Positions 50,750 to 59,624 of a DNA stretch of 64,000 nucleotides are shown here, piece after piece. The position numbers were made by a program, and so were the translations under genes. How positions within the stretch are numbered: the first letter of the stretch is position 1; every line of letters begins with the position of its first letter. The DNA is from a virus. The notes under the pieces are model-generated. The model was not told where the DNA came from. It saw nothing but the letters and a program-made list of their open reading frames with translations, and made no database searches. The DNA lies in IMG/VR virus record IMGVR_UViG_3300035696_000012, positions 69,217 through 133,216 of that record. One strand, written 5' to 3'.

Positions 50750-50775
50750 AATAATATGCAGAACTATTAGAATGA

Positions 50776-50784
50776 TGATATAGC
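50776..50784 (+). promoter_or_regulatory. Candidate promoter motif TGATATAGC upstream of the J-domain gene
   Basis: In the divergent intergenic gap, 18 nt before GTG 50803, oriented with the plus-strand gene. Confidence 0.35.
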
Positions 50785-50802
50785 ATTATTAGGTATTTTA
50801 TT

Positions 50803-51177
50803 GTGAATATTAAAAAGATAGAAGAATTATCTGAACTTTTTTGTATAGCAACTACACTAAATAATTTGCTAGACAATATGACATTAGAGCAAGCAATGTT
50901 TGTATTAAGACTATCAGATGATGCTTCGGAAGAAGATGTTATACGATCTTATAGACGATTGGCTAAATTATATCATCCAGATGCCGGTGGAAATGATATG
51001 AAATTTAATTTATTAAATAAGGCTAAAAAAGTAATGTTAGACAATCTTAGGGCTCAGGATGAGGTTGCTGTGGAACCGGAGAAGCCTAAGGAATATGGGA
51101 AGTTGAGATTAGTAAAAAATCCTAATGAAACAGGTAATCATTGGGGTGATTGGTATCAAAAAGAAATCGGTAAGTAA
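50803..51177 (+). CDS. J-domain (DnaJ-type) co-chaperone
   Basis: AMFVLRLSDDASEEDVIRSYRRLAKLYHPDAGGNDMKFNLLNKAK: canonical HPD motif and helix pattern. Confidence 0.85.
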   Translation: MNIKKIEELSELFCIATTLNNLLDNMTLEQAMFVLRLSDDASEEDVIRSYRRLAKLYHPDAGGNDMKFNLLNKAKKVMLDNLRAQDEVAVEPEKPKEYGKLRLVKNPNETGNHWGDWYQKEIGK

Positions 51178-51208
51178 TTAATATTAGAGATTATATCTAT
51201 TGATATTA

Positions 51209-52126
51209 TTAAAATATTTGGCGCGCACGCAGGTGGCGAAGACGCTGTAATTGCGGATTCATTGCACCAGCGCTTGCGATAGTTAATGTTCCAAGGCCAT
51301 GCGGGCTGGGGCGCATTGAATTCTTAATATATTTAAGCTTATCATAGTATTGAGTTAACATTGTGCTATATTGTGTTTCTAACAACTCTGCAACACTTGG
51401 AGGAGTAAAACTAACCCCATTATCATTTATCGAATATTCACGACCACGTTCAATTAACGCTTGACTTGCTAGCGCCATCAACACAGCACCATCAACTAAT
51501 ATAGCATGAAATTGATTAATAATCAATGTATCTTCCCATGTGAAGTATGTAAAATATGGTATTTGATTAAACTCACTCAATGCATTTACAACAAATGTTG
51601 TTATCATATCAGCAGAAAATATATCACAATTTACATAAATTGTATTACCATATTGATCTTGGCTTTGTGCTAATCCACTATTATTTAATCGTGCCTTTAC
51701 GGTTTTAGCTACTTTATTGATATTACGAATAGCAAGTTGGGAAAAGTTAAACCCCGGATCGTCCATTAGATGAACGTAACCATCACTATTAATCGATGGG
51801 AGTTCTGTAAATACGACAACAAACTGAAGTGAATTACTTATGACATTACCATTCAATGTTCCTTGCCATATGTCATTCCATACACCATATGGACCATTGA
51901 ATGGAGTCGTAAAATTAAATTGATATAAACCTACATCTAATTGCATAACTCCGGCTGTGGTTGGTCCGACAACTATTAATCCAGACGGAGCTCCTATTGT
52001 GACGGACGGAAAACTATCTAAATTGGTAGGTACTCCGGCAGCATTAGTAAATTGTGCTGTTAATTGAACCGTTTCATTAACGTTAATTAATTGATTACGA
52101 GTAGTTAAAGTTGTTAAACCAGCCAT
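51209..52126 (-). CDS. Head-tail adaptor/neck protein with an N-terminal Ig-like domain
   Basis: N-terminal beta-sandwich (VQLTAQFTN...GLYQFNF...GVWNDIWQG); C-terminal helical adaptor-like part (ILVDGAVLMALASQALIERGREYSINDNGVSFT); near the head closure gene. Confidence 0.6.
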   Translation of the reverse strand: MAGLTTLTTRNQLINVNETVQLTAQFTNAAGVPTNLDSFPSVTIGAPSGLIVVGPTTAGVMQLDVGLYQFNFTTPFNGPYGVWNDIWQGTLNGNVISNSLQFVVVFTELPSINSDGYVHLMDDPGFNFSQLAIRNINKVAKTVKARLNNSGLAQSQDQYGNTIYVNCDIFSADMITTFVVNALSEFNQIPYFTYFTWEDTLIINQFHAILVDGAVLMALASQALIERGREYSINDNGVSFTPPSVAELLETQYSTMLTQYYDKLKYIKNSMRPSPHGLGTLTIASAGAMNPQLQRLRHLRARQIF

Positions 52127-52185
52127 AATATAATACTAGATTATTATACATCTATCATTTTATATACATATATTTAAGTATACCA

Positions 52186-52587
52186 ATGAGAATATTGCAA
52201 CCATCAAAAGAATTCTGGATCACTAATATATCCAGAAAAGCACAGAGTCTTGCAGATCTTGGGATATGTATTTACCCCATGCGTTCCGTTAATCTTTTAG
52301 ACAAGAATCATTATAGGCATTTAACAGAAGAACAACTCATTAAATCTGAAGCATCTGGTTCATTATTCTTAAAAAGAAATTTTGTTGTACATAGGAAAGT
52401 GGCACCTATGACTCCAATGAAAACCCCGCCATTAATGCAAGAAGGTACGGTTTTTCCAACTAGACAACGCTCTGCTATTGATGTTGAAAAAATTACATAT
52501 GATGAATTGGTTGTTGATGAAAATGAATTTGCGGAAGAAACAGCTGATATAGCTCAGGAAAATCATCTAGGTAAGTGGAATAAATAG
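52186..52587 (+). CDS. Hypothetical protein, 133 aa
   Basis: First gene of a plus-strand three-gene island; acidic C-terminus. Confidence 0.6.
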   Translation: MRILQPSKEFWITNISRKAQSLADLGICIYPMRSVNLLDKNHYRHLTEEQLIKSEASGSLFLKRNFVVHRKVAPMTPMKTPPLMQEGTVFPTRQRSAIDVEKITYDELVVDENEFAEETADIAQENHLGKWNK

Positions 52588-52595
52588 GAGTTATT

Positions 52596-52811
52596 ATGAA
52601 GGATTCTATTTTATCATATAATGATTTACAGCAAGAATCTATAATTGAAACAGTTAAACCTAGAAAAAAATCCAAAAAAACTACAGAATATATTGATGAA
52701 TTAAGTATTGATGAGTGTCCAAAAAAAACATCTAAAAAACTTGAAGAAAAATATAAAAAACTAAATGATAAATTAGATCAAACAATAAAAAAATTAAATA
52801 AGGATACATAA
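52596..52811 (+). CDS. Hypothetical Lys/Glu-rich protein, 71 aa
   Basis: SD AGGAG; TAATG coupling to the next gene. Confidence 0.55.
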   Translation: MKDSILSYNDLQQESIIETVKPRKKSKKTTEYIDELSIDECPKKTSKKLEEKYKKLNDKLDQTIKKLNKDT

Positions 52812-53095
52812 TGCAACCAACAACTCTAACAACTATCCTTACTACAATATTAACTGTACTACTAACAGCATTTTTTGGCGTTCTTGGTTGGTTCATTAAA
52901 ACCATACTTGCAAAAATGCATCAGATAGATTCGGCTCTCAATGCACATATAGTTGAGGACAAACAAATACAGACAGCATTAAATGTTACATTAACATCTC
53001 AAATCAAATTAGCTGATAAAATGGATGAAAAAATAGATCAGATCAATGAAAAAATTGATGCTAAGTTAGAAAAAATAACTGAAAAATTAGAATAA
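52811..53095 (+). CDS. Single-TM coiled-coil membrane protein (holin-like, BhlA/XhlA style)
   Basis: N-terminal hydrophobic helix TILTTILTVLLTAFFGVLGWFI followed by a coiled coil. Confidence 0.45.
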   Translation: MQPTTLTTILTTILTVLLTAFFGVLGWFIKTILAKMHQIDSALNAHIVEDKQIQTALNVTLTSQIKLADKMDEKIDQINEKIDAKLEKITEKLE

Positions 53096-53108
53096 TAGAT
53101 GATGATTA

Positions 53109-53330
53109 TTATTTAATAACCATTACATTAATGGCTTTTGGTTGTCCTCGTCTATTAATACCTACTTGATAAGATACTAATTGACCTTTTGATAATGTTT
53201 TATAGCCTTCCATTGTTATATCGGAATAATGCACAAACATATCAACCTCATAATCATCTTGTTTAATGAAACCCATTCCTTTGGAGAACCAAATAACGGT
53301 CCCATATAATACCTTGTTTTCTTCGCCCAT
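53109..53330 (-). CDS. csp: Cold-shock domain protein
   Basis: GTVIWF-KGMGFI (RNP1), DMFVHYSDI (RNP2), GYKTL...GQ-V-Y...GQPKAINV. Confidence 0.9.
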   Translation of the reverse strand: MGEENKVLYGTVIWFSKGMGFIKQDDYEVDMFVHYSDITMEGYKTLSKGQLVSYQVGINRRGQPKAINVMVIK

Positions 53331-53338
53331 AAGAGTTC

Positions 53339-53602
53339 CTATTTTATTATTTTATTGTTTTCATCTACAATAATAGATGAACCATCTTTGTGCCATACTT
53401 TTATATTACTTTTTCCAAAAAAATTATTAAATTCCATGATACCCATCGCCTGAACCGCTTTACGTTCCTCAATAGTTTTGCATCCTTTTAGAGCATTGTC
53501 ATATCGATCAAATAATTTTAATAACTCTTGTTCACAACCATTAGCACGGGCATGTCCCAATAATTGCCTACGTGTTTCTTTTTCTGACATTGGCTTGCTC
53601 AT
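53339..53602 (-). CDS. Hypothetical protein, 87 aa
   Basis: Operon orientation; AAGGAAG upstream; helical charged sequence. Confidence 0.6.
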   Translation of the reverse strand: MSKPMSEKETRRQLLGHARANGCEQELLKLFDRYDNALKGCKTIEERKAVQAMGIMEFNNFFGKSNIKVWHKDGSSIIVDENNKIIK

Positions 53603-53621
53603 GTTCTTCCTTACTTTAAAA

Positions 53622-54041
53622 CTAAATTACTACCCATACAGAATTAGTACTATCAAATACTACTGTAATTGATTCATATCTAATATCCATATTATATGTT
53701 GAACTTCCAGCAATATTATTACCGTTTCCATCTATAACTATTTGATATGATGATGCGGAGCCTTTAGCATCAACTACAATATATGTATTTCCATTAGTTG
53801 GTGATGCAGGCAATGTAATAGTAATACTGGAGCTAAGCGTACCAACACTAATTATATAGTCAGTATTTTGTACGTTATAGCTGGAAGTTTTCGATACCAA
53901 ATTACTTGATACGCCAGCTCCAATAATTAAATTACCATTTATTGTAAGAGTACTACTAATCGTTACCGAATCTGATGAATGAGCTAATTTATTTACTCCG
54001 GAGGCATCTAAATAAATTATTTTATCGACATATGATGCCAT
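53622..54041 (-). CDS. Small fibre/baseplate-type beta protein (resembles T4 gp9/gp10-type domain)
   Basis: ITITLPASPTNGNTYIVVDAKGSASSYQIVIDGNGNNI...YESITVVFDSTNSVWVVI, a module common in phage fibre proteins. Confidence 0.5.
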   Translation of the reverse strand: MASYVDKIIYLDASGVNKLAHSSDSVTISSTLTINGNLIIGAGVSSNLVSKTSSYNVQNTDYIISVGTLSSSITITLPASPTNGNTYIVVDAKGSASSYQIVIDGNGNNIAGSSTYNMDIRYESITVVFDSTNSVWVVI

Positions 54042-54062
54042 CTATTCATTTCCAGTAAATTA

Positions 54063-54461
54063 TTATTTCACTCTTTGAAATACCATTTCATTCGTATCTA
54101 GATTCCATTTACTATCATCTTTTGTGCCATCTGGGTCAATTCCGTTTGCGATAGCAATAGCTTTTACCGTTTCAATCATTGCTTGATTATTAAGTGTTAT
54201 TTGGCTTAGTAATCGAGTCTTTTGTGTTTGTACATCAGCAAGGTGTAGCTCAACATCTGCTAATTGTAATTTTACTTGTAAAACCGCTTGTTCAGCATCC
54301 CTAACCTTTTTTGCATCTTCTGCTGTAAGAGAAATTTGAGTTGTCTCTGGTGAAGGAGGTGCTGGAGAGGCTGGAGTTTCTGAAACTGTTGGAACCACTG
54401 CTAGTGGTGATTTTGCTTCTTGATTATGAGTTGAAGTAAATTTCTTGTTTTGTTTTGCCAT
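54063..54461 (-). CDS. Coiled-coil protein, possible fibre assembly chaperone
   Basis: Pro-rich linker then heptads AEQAVLQVKLQLADVELHLADVQTQKTRLLSQI; follows a long fibre gene. ATG 54461 preferred over GTG 54470. Confidence 0.55.
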   Translation of the reverse strand: MAKQNKKFTSTHNQEAKSPLAVVPTVSETPASPAPPSPETTQISLTAEDAKKVRDAEQAVLQVKLQLADVELHLADVQTQKTRLLSQITLNNQAMIETVKAIAIANGIDPDGTKDDSKWNLDTNEMVFQRVK

Positions 54462-54500
54462 GACTTTCACTTTCTTTTAGGTAATAGTATCCCGACATAG

Positions 54501-54542
54501 GACACTGTCTCAACATACTATATCAGTGGTTGAGACAGTGTC
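54501..54542. repeat. Perfect 14-bp inverted repeat (hairpin) with the TGATATAGT motif in its loop
   Basis: gacactgtctcaac (54501-54514), atactatatcagtg, gttgagacagtgtc (54529-54542). Confidence 0.85.
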
Positions 54543-54567
54543 GAATGTTTTTTTTAGGGATTAAGGA

Positions 54568-56538
54568 TTAGAGTTGAACTGGGGTTAGGATACGAATAAC
54601 CATTTGAGTTGAACTTAACATGAACCCAACTGGTGCTACGACTTGACCGACAGTTGTTGGCGCAGTGGCAGTTACTTTACCTGCGTTTGCTGGATCTAGA
54701 TACATTACGTTACCTGGAGAAGCTGAACCAGTAATGTTTGGGGTAACTAGACCGTCTGTATATAGGTTACCAGATGCTGTCTTATCTTTTGCGAAACCCG
54801 CACAATATGCAGTTGAAAGGCTGTTAGCCTCGGCGGATGATACAGCTAGAGAACCTGATACATATACTGCATCATTAGCTGCACCTACAGCAGAAGTATT
54901 TACACCAGTAACGGTGATTTCTTCTGTACCAGAAGATGATGTTGCAATGATCTGACCGCCAGAAGCAGCTTCTAGTGTAATACCTGATGGAACGGTGATT
55001 ACGTTGCTAGATACTGTACCAACTTGTAGGTAGTTAGAACCACCTACTTGTAGGTTGGTACCACCGGCACCATTGATTGTCAATACATCAGAACCACCTG
55101 ATTGTAATGTTTGTGTTTGTAGGTAATAACCATCTGCCACTGTTACATCACCATCAAATAGTGCATTTGATTGGAATGTTGAAGTACCAACGATTGTTTC
55201 TGCACCATCGACCATCAAATTACCTTTGACTTCGAAGTTGCCAGCAGCTTGTGTTACTGTTAGTACACCTGATGCATTGATGTAACCATCACCTGATAGA
55301 GTGTTCCATGTTGCAGGAGCGCTTCCTTGTGCAATTAGAAGTTGTGCACTTGAACCAGCTGACGAAGTAAGAACACCAGAACCATTTACTTGAACTGTAC
55401 CCCAGTTAGTAAGTGGTGTTGTGATATTACCAGATGATACTGTTAGACCGTTGCTTGCAGTCAAAAGACCAGTTGATGTAAGTGTGCTAGATGCTGTAGT
55501 GGCACCAGTTAGTGTATTTGCACCTTGTGATGTTTTGAATGTACCAGTTGAACCAGAGAAATCGAAATTAGGATTATTTCCAGTTGTAACGTTACCGTTG
55601 ATTGTATTGGTACCTGTACCAGTTGTAAAACTACCTGTACCATCGATTGTTAGATTGCCAGAACCAGCTGCACCCACTGTAAAGTTACCTTGTGCACTTA
55701 CGACTGTAACTGCGCCAGTTGCTGAGATAGTTGCATCTTGTGATACTGTGGTCCAAGCTGCTGCTGGAGTTCCGTTAGTTAGAAGAACTTGACCAGCTGT
55801 GCCAGGAGTAATATCATTAGTAACATTGATTAGGCTTGTTGATAGAAGACCTGATGCATTATTATGAACAACACCGGCTGTATTGAATGCATGGACTGTA
55901 ACGGAAGTTGAACCGGTAAATGTTGTATTACCATTTACAGATACTGCACCTGATGATGTTTGGAACGTACCTGTTGATGAATGGAAATCAAATGCACTTG
56001 TACCAGTAGCGGCAACAAAATTAGTGTTGTTAACTAATGTTACGGCGCCAGTTGTCATAGTTCCAACATCTAAATATGTGGTACCAGCCATTGCTAAATT
56101 AAGACCAGCTGTACCGCTTACAGTTAGAACACCAGCTGATGTCGACCAAGTTGAATCTGATGCTGCTGTAATTGTTAGAGCACCAGCAGTTGTACTTAGT
56201 TGTGAAGCAGCATTACCAGTTAGTGAGAATGCACCGCCTGATTGTGTTAGTGCACCACCTAGTGTAGTTAGACCAGTTCCAACTGTAAATGTATTTGAAC
56301 CAGTTACTGATGTAGCACCGTTTAGTGATACGGCACCTGTACCAGTTGAAAATGTTTGTGCACCTGGCATTGATGTATTTTGATTTAGTGTAATACTTGT
56401 TGCAGTTGTTGCACCGATAGATAGTGCACCTGCTGCATCGGCATCAATACCATTACCGACTAAAAGTTGATTTGTAGATTGAATTTGAGTTGTAACACCT
56501 GATTGAATTGTTAGAGCGCGAAATTGAGATCCAGACAT
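54568..56538 (-). CDS. Gly/Thr/Ser-rich fibre with a C-terminal capsid-decoration-like (DUF2190-type) domain
   Basis: 656 aa of short beta repeats (FTTGTG, FQTSSGA); C-terminal DAVYVSG...AGFAK...YTDGLV...GNVMYLDP...GKVTATAPTT-GQVVAPVGF is paralogous to the 56893 gene; strong codon bias. Confidence 0.6.
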   Translation of the reverse strand: MSGSQFRALTIQSGVTTQIQSTNQLLVGNGIDADAAGALSIGATTATSITLNQNTSMPGAQTFSTGTGAVSLNGATSVTGSNTFTVGTGLTTLGGALTQSGGAFSLTGNAASQLSTTAGALTITAASDSTWSTSAGVLTVSGTAGLNLAMAGTTYLDVGTMTTGAVTLVNNTNFVAATGTSAFDFHSSTGTFQTSSGAVSVNGNTTFTGSTSVTVHAFNTAGVVHNNASGLLSTSLINVTNDITPGTAGQVLLTNGTPAAAWTTVSQDATISATGAVTVVSAQGNFTVGAAGSGNLTIDGTGSFTTGTGTNTINGNVTTGNNPNFDFSGSTGTFKTSQGANTLTGATTASSTLTSTGLLTASNGLTVSSGNITTPLTNWGTVQVNGSGVLTSSAGSSAQLLIAQGSAPATWNTLSGDGYINASGVLTVTQAAGNFEVKGNLMVDGAETIVGTSTFQSNALFDGDVTVADGYYLQTQTLQSGGSDVLTINGAGGTNLQVGGSNYLQVGTVSSNVITVPSGITLEAASGGQIIATSSSGTEEITVTGVNTSAVGAANDAVYVSGSLAVSSAEANSLSTAYCAGFAKDKTASGNLYTDGLVTPNITGSASPGNVMYLDPANAGKVTATAPTTVGQVVAPVGFMLSSTQMVIRILTPVQL

Positions 56539-56590
56539 GTTATTTTCCTATTATTTGATTGTTGAAAGTTGATTGTTTGTTGTTAAAGTC

Positions 56591-56821
56591 TTACGAAAGC
56601 TGAGTAAATCTTACATCTGATTGTAAAACACGAATTGCACGAGAATCCGTTATATCCACACCAATATCAGCTCCGATTGTAAAACCATGAACCTGATCTG
56701 ATGCCATTACTACTTGATGCCCACCATTTTTTAGTGGAATGTTTATTTGTTTGCATGGACCTTGTGAGTGCAAGCAGTGTCCATGAGGTGGAATCTCTCC
56801 CATATACGCAAATCTAGCCAT
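56591..56821 (-). CDS. Hypothetical protein, 76 aa, His/Cys-rich N-terminus
   Basis: SD AAGGAG; PPHGHCLHSQGPC. Confidence 0.6.
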   Translation of the reverse strand: MARFAYMGEIPPHGHCLHSQGPCKQINIPLKNGGHQVVMASDQVHGFTIGADIGVDITDSRAIRVLQSDVRFTQLS

Positions 56822-56892
56822 TAGTGTTCTCCTTTTTATTGTTGGTCTTTCTTAATTATATATGATACTATTACTATTTATTTTTGAAAAAA

Positions 56893-57444
56893 TTACAGTT
56901 GAATAAAATCCTCATCGATTTCAATAACTAATGTTGTTGAATTTTTTGCAAAACCAATTTTTTGAACTACATTTCCGCCAGTTGTTGGAGCAGTTGTTGT
57001 CATTGTTCCATCGACTAATCCTAAGTAGTATATCGCTCCAACGCTCAATCCTGAGAATGAACTGTTCTCTCCTTCCAATTGTACGACGCATTGCGTTGAT
57101 GAACTCTTTGACAAGACTATTCCTATTGCCAATTTAGTTGCATCAGTTGCATTTGCCAACCCAACCGTACTAGCAGAAGAAAGATATACCACGTTACCAA
57201 CAATAGCTGATGATACACATGTATAATTACCATAACCATCTGAACCAAGACTACTTATTGGTTGTTGTGGTTTCCATTGACTTGAAGAAGCATCCCATGT
57301 TAAAACTTGACCATCGGTTGGTGTTATGGTTGATATTGCATTTCCTTGGATTTTAGTAACGGTGACATTGGTGGTTGTTCCGCTTGCGTCCCCGCCAAGC
57401 GAACCGCCACCTCCTCCCGTCGGAATAATGAGAAAGCCACTCAT
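56893..57444 (-). CDS. Short fibre/capsid decoration protein (DUF2190-like C-terminus)
   Basis: N-terminal LGGDASGT...VTKIQG...PTDGQVLTWD fibre motif; C-terminal GNVVYL...ANAT...AIGIV...GLSVGAIYYL...TTTAPTT-GNVVQKIGFA. Confidence 0.6.
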   Translation of the reverse strand: MSGFLIIPTGGGGGSLGGDASGTTTNVTVTKIQGNAISTITPTDGQVLTWDASSSQWKPQQPISSLGSDGYGNYTCVSSAIVGNVVYLSSASTVGLANATDATKLAIGIVLSKSSSTQCVVQLEGENSSFSGLSVGAIYYLGLVDGTMTTTAPTTGGNVVQKIGFAKNSTTLVIEIDEDFIQL

Positions 57445-57479
57445 AATTTTATGATCAAAAATGCGGTGATATATAACTA

Positions 57480-58475
57480 ATGGGGTATAAAATTATGACC
57501 GTCCTGACTAAAAATGATTTGATTTTTATAGAAAAAGCTACCAAAACTCATAAAGACAGATATGATTATTCGGAATGCTATGTTGTTGAAAAAGGTAAAA
57601 GAAAAATTATCTGTAAAACTCACGGTCCATTTATGCAACAAACAAATTATCATACCAAAGGAGGTGGATGCACAAAGTGTTATCACGATAGTTTAAAATA
57701 TTCATTCGAAGAGTACTGCGCGTTAGCCAATAAGGTACATAATAATAAATATACATATATTAGAATTATTGAAACACCACTAGATGGTAAAGATAGATTA
57801 ATAGAATATTATTGCACAGAACATAATCTAACAGTTATTCAAACAGTCAGTAATCATATGAATGATGGTAATCGTTGTCCAAAATGTGTTGAAGATATTA
57901 CTAGGTGGGGACTTGAGGAATTTATCATTGAAGCAAGAAAAATACATGAAAATAAATATAATTATATTGAACTAGATTGTAGTGAACGAACAACAAAAGT
58001 CATAATTGAATGTCCAAAACATAATAGAATTTTCACGCAATTATGCGGGCAACATCTTGTTGGCAAAGGCTGTAAAGATTGTGCCAGACAACGCAGAACT
58101 AGAACGGCAACAGCCTGGCTAAATTATATGGGAATACCAGAAGACGATGAACACCGTGAGGTACGAATAAATCTTGAAAGCAACTTTTACTATGCTGATG
58201 GATTTGATCCAATAACAAATACTATTTATGAGTTTTATGGTGATTACTACCACGGAAACCTAAATATATATGATCCTAATAAATATAATAAAACAACTCA
58301 CTGCACGCACGGTGAATTAAATAAAAGAACTATAATCAGAGAAAATAACTTATTATCAGCTGGCTATAAAATTATTACTATTTGGGAAAGCGATTGGAAT
58401 GATTTTAAAAAACTAAATAATTTACCTGCCAGCCCAAGCCCTAACGCTAACAATAGCGCTACCACCACTTTCTAA
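57480..58475 (+). mobile_element. Free-standing homing endonuclease: zinc-ribbon (DUF723-like) repeats plus a C-terminal PD-(D/E)xK/Vsr-like nuclease
   Basis: Three repeats of H.xxYxY...CxxH...Q...H..G..CxxC. C-terminal ADGFD...IYEFYGDYYHG...GYKIITIWESDW. Antisense to the operon; its 3' end overlaps the neighbouring gene by 54 nt. Confidence 0.75.
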
Positions 58476-58745
58476 TTGAAACCATATCTTACTAACAACG
58501 CGATTATCATACGTAAATCCACGAATAACGGTTGGGTTCAGCTCGTCGTGAATTGACTGTCCATTAAACGATACCTGAACAACGCTCGATGCGTCTTCAT
58601 TTACCAACATAAAACCTTGTGTTGAAAATGGAATAAATATATCAGCAATATTATTGAAAGCTGAATTAGTAACAGTTACTTTTTGAAAAAAATTAAAATC
58701 ATATCCATATGTAATTTTACCTAATCCAATACCATTATTAGTCAT
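58422..58745 (-). CDS. Small beta-sandwich structural protein, 107 aa
   Basis: SD GGGAG; beta-strand pattern (FMLVNED, VQVSFNG, KIWFQ, VSVRAW). Confidence 0.6.
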   Translation of the reverse strand: MTNNGIGLGKITYGYDFNFFQKVTVTNSAFNNIADIFIPFSTQGFMLVNEDASSVVQVSFNGQSIHDELNPTVIRGFTYDNRVVSKIWFQLESGGSAIVSVRAWAGR

Positions 58746-58760
58746 AGTATCTCCCTAATT

Positions 58761-59624
58761 TTATATTATATAATTAGCAGATAGGGCGTCTCTATAACCA
58801 ATGTCAATCATAGTTTGTATTTTTGATGGAGAAAAATCTAACATATCTTCTATTAGATTAAACTTAGGTCGTATTATATTTAGTTTTATTTCTTTCTTAT
58901 TTGTTATACCTGATTTGGCTAATTGATTATATATTAATGCTTTTTCAATATCATTAGACATAATTTTATCTGTATATAAATCAAATGATCTTTTTAGTAT
59001 ATCTATTATACTTGGCTTAATAACAAACTTCTTATCACGAGTTTCTGGCGAAGTAACTATTGCGTCAATTTCAGTTGCACCAAAATCTATTGCAGTATGA
59101 ATAGGAGATATGGATTTTATTCCGCCATCGCCGAATAATTGATCTCCAATTTTAACCGGCTCGAAAAGAACTGGAAAAGATGCGCTGGCACCAACAGCAC
59201 TGACAAAATCATCTGATGTCTGATCAAAATTATTATATTTACCAGTGGTAAAAGAAACTGCGCCAACAATGACATGCCTGTTAGCATCTCTTATTTTTTC
59301 TACCGATATATTATTTTCCAATAGAAGTTTCATTGGCGTGCTATCAAAAAACCCTAACTTCCAAGCAACATGTAGTTTTCCGAATGGCTTCCATTTTTTG
59401 TATATTTTGTCATTGGTCAATGATAGCCACATATTGGTAAGTGTATTGATGGCGAGTTTTTCTTGTCCGTGTGGAAATTGACTTAAATAAGCAGCATTGA
59501 TTGCCCCAGAAGAAACGCCGACCACGATATTGTAAGACTTTTCTAAATCACCTAGTAAATGACGCAATGCGCCAACGGCCCAGCTACCTTTGCTACCTCC
59601 ACCACCAAGTATGAGGGCACGCAT
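58761..59624 (-). CDS. Patatin-like phospholipase (copy B)
   Basis: GGGGSKG, GVSSG (nucleophile Ser) and DGG motifs. True start is likely ATG 59624 (MRALIL), overlapping the GIY-YIG stop as TAATG with GGAG upstream. Confidence 0.9.
   Translation of the reverse strand: MRALILGGGGSKGSWAVGALRHLLGDLEKSYNIVVGVSSGAINAAYLSQFPHGQEKLAINTLTNMWLSLTNDKIYKKWKPFGKLHVAWKLGFFDSTPMKLLLENNISVEKIRDANRHVIVGAVSFTTGKYNNFDQTSDDFVSAVGASASFPVLFEPVKIGDQLFGDGGIKSISPIHTAIDFGATEIDAIVTSPETRDKKFVIKPSIIDILKRSFDLYTDKIMSNDIEKALIYNQLAKSGITNKKEIKLNIIRPKFNLIEDMLDFSPSKIQTMIDIGYRDALSANYII

Noticed and set aside
54501-54542. N4-type virion RNA polymerase hairpin promoter
   Set aside because: N4 promoters have short 5-7 bp stems with a 3-nt loop. 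This stem is 14 bp or longer with a different loop and has no second copy in the window.
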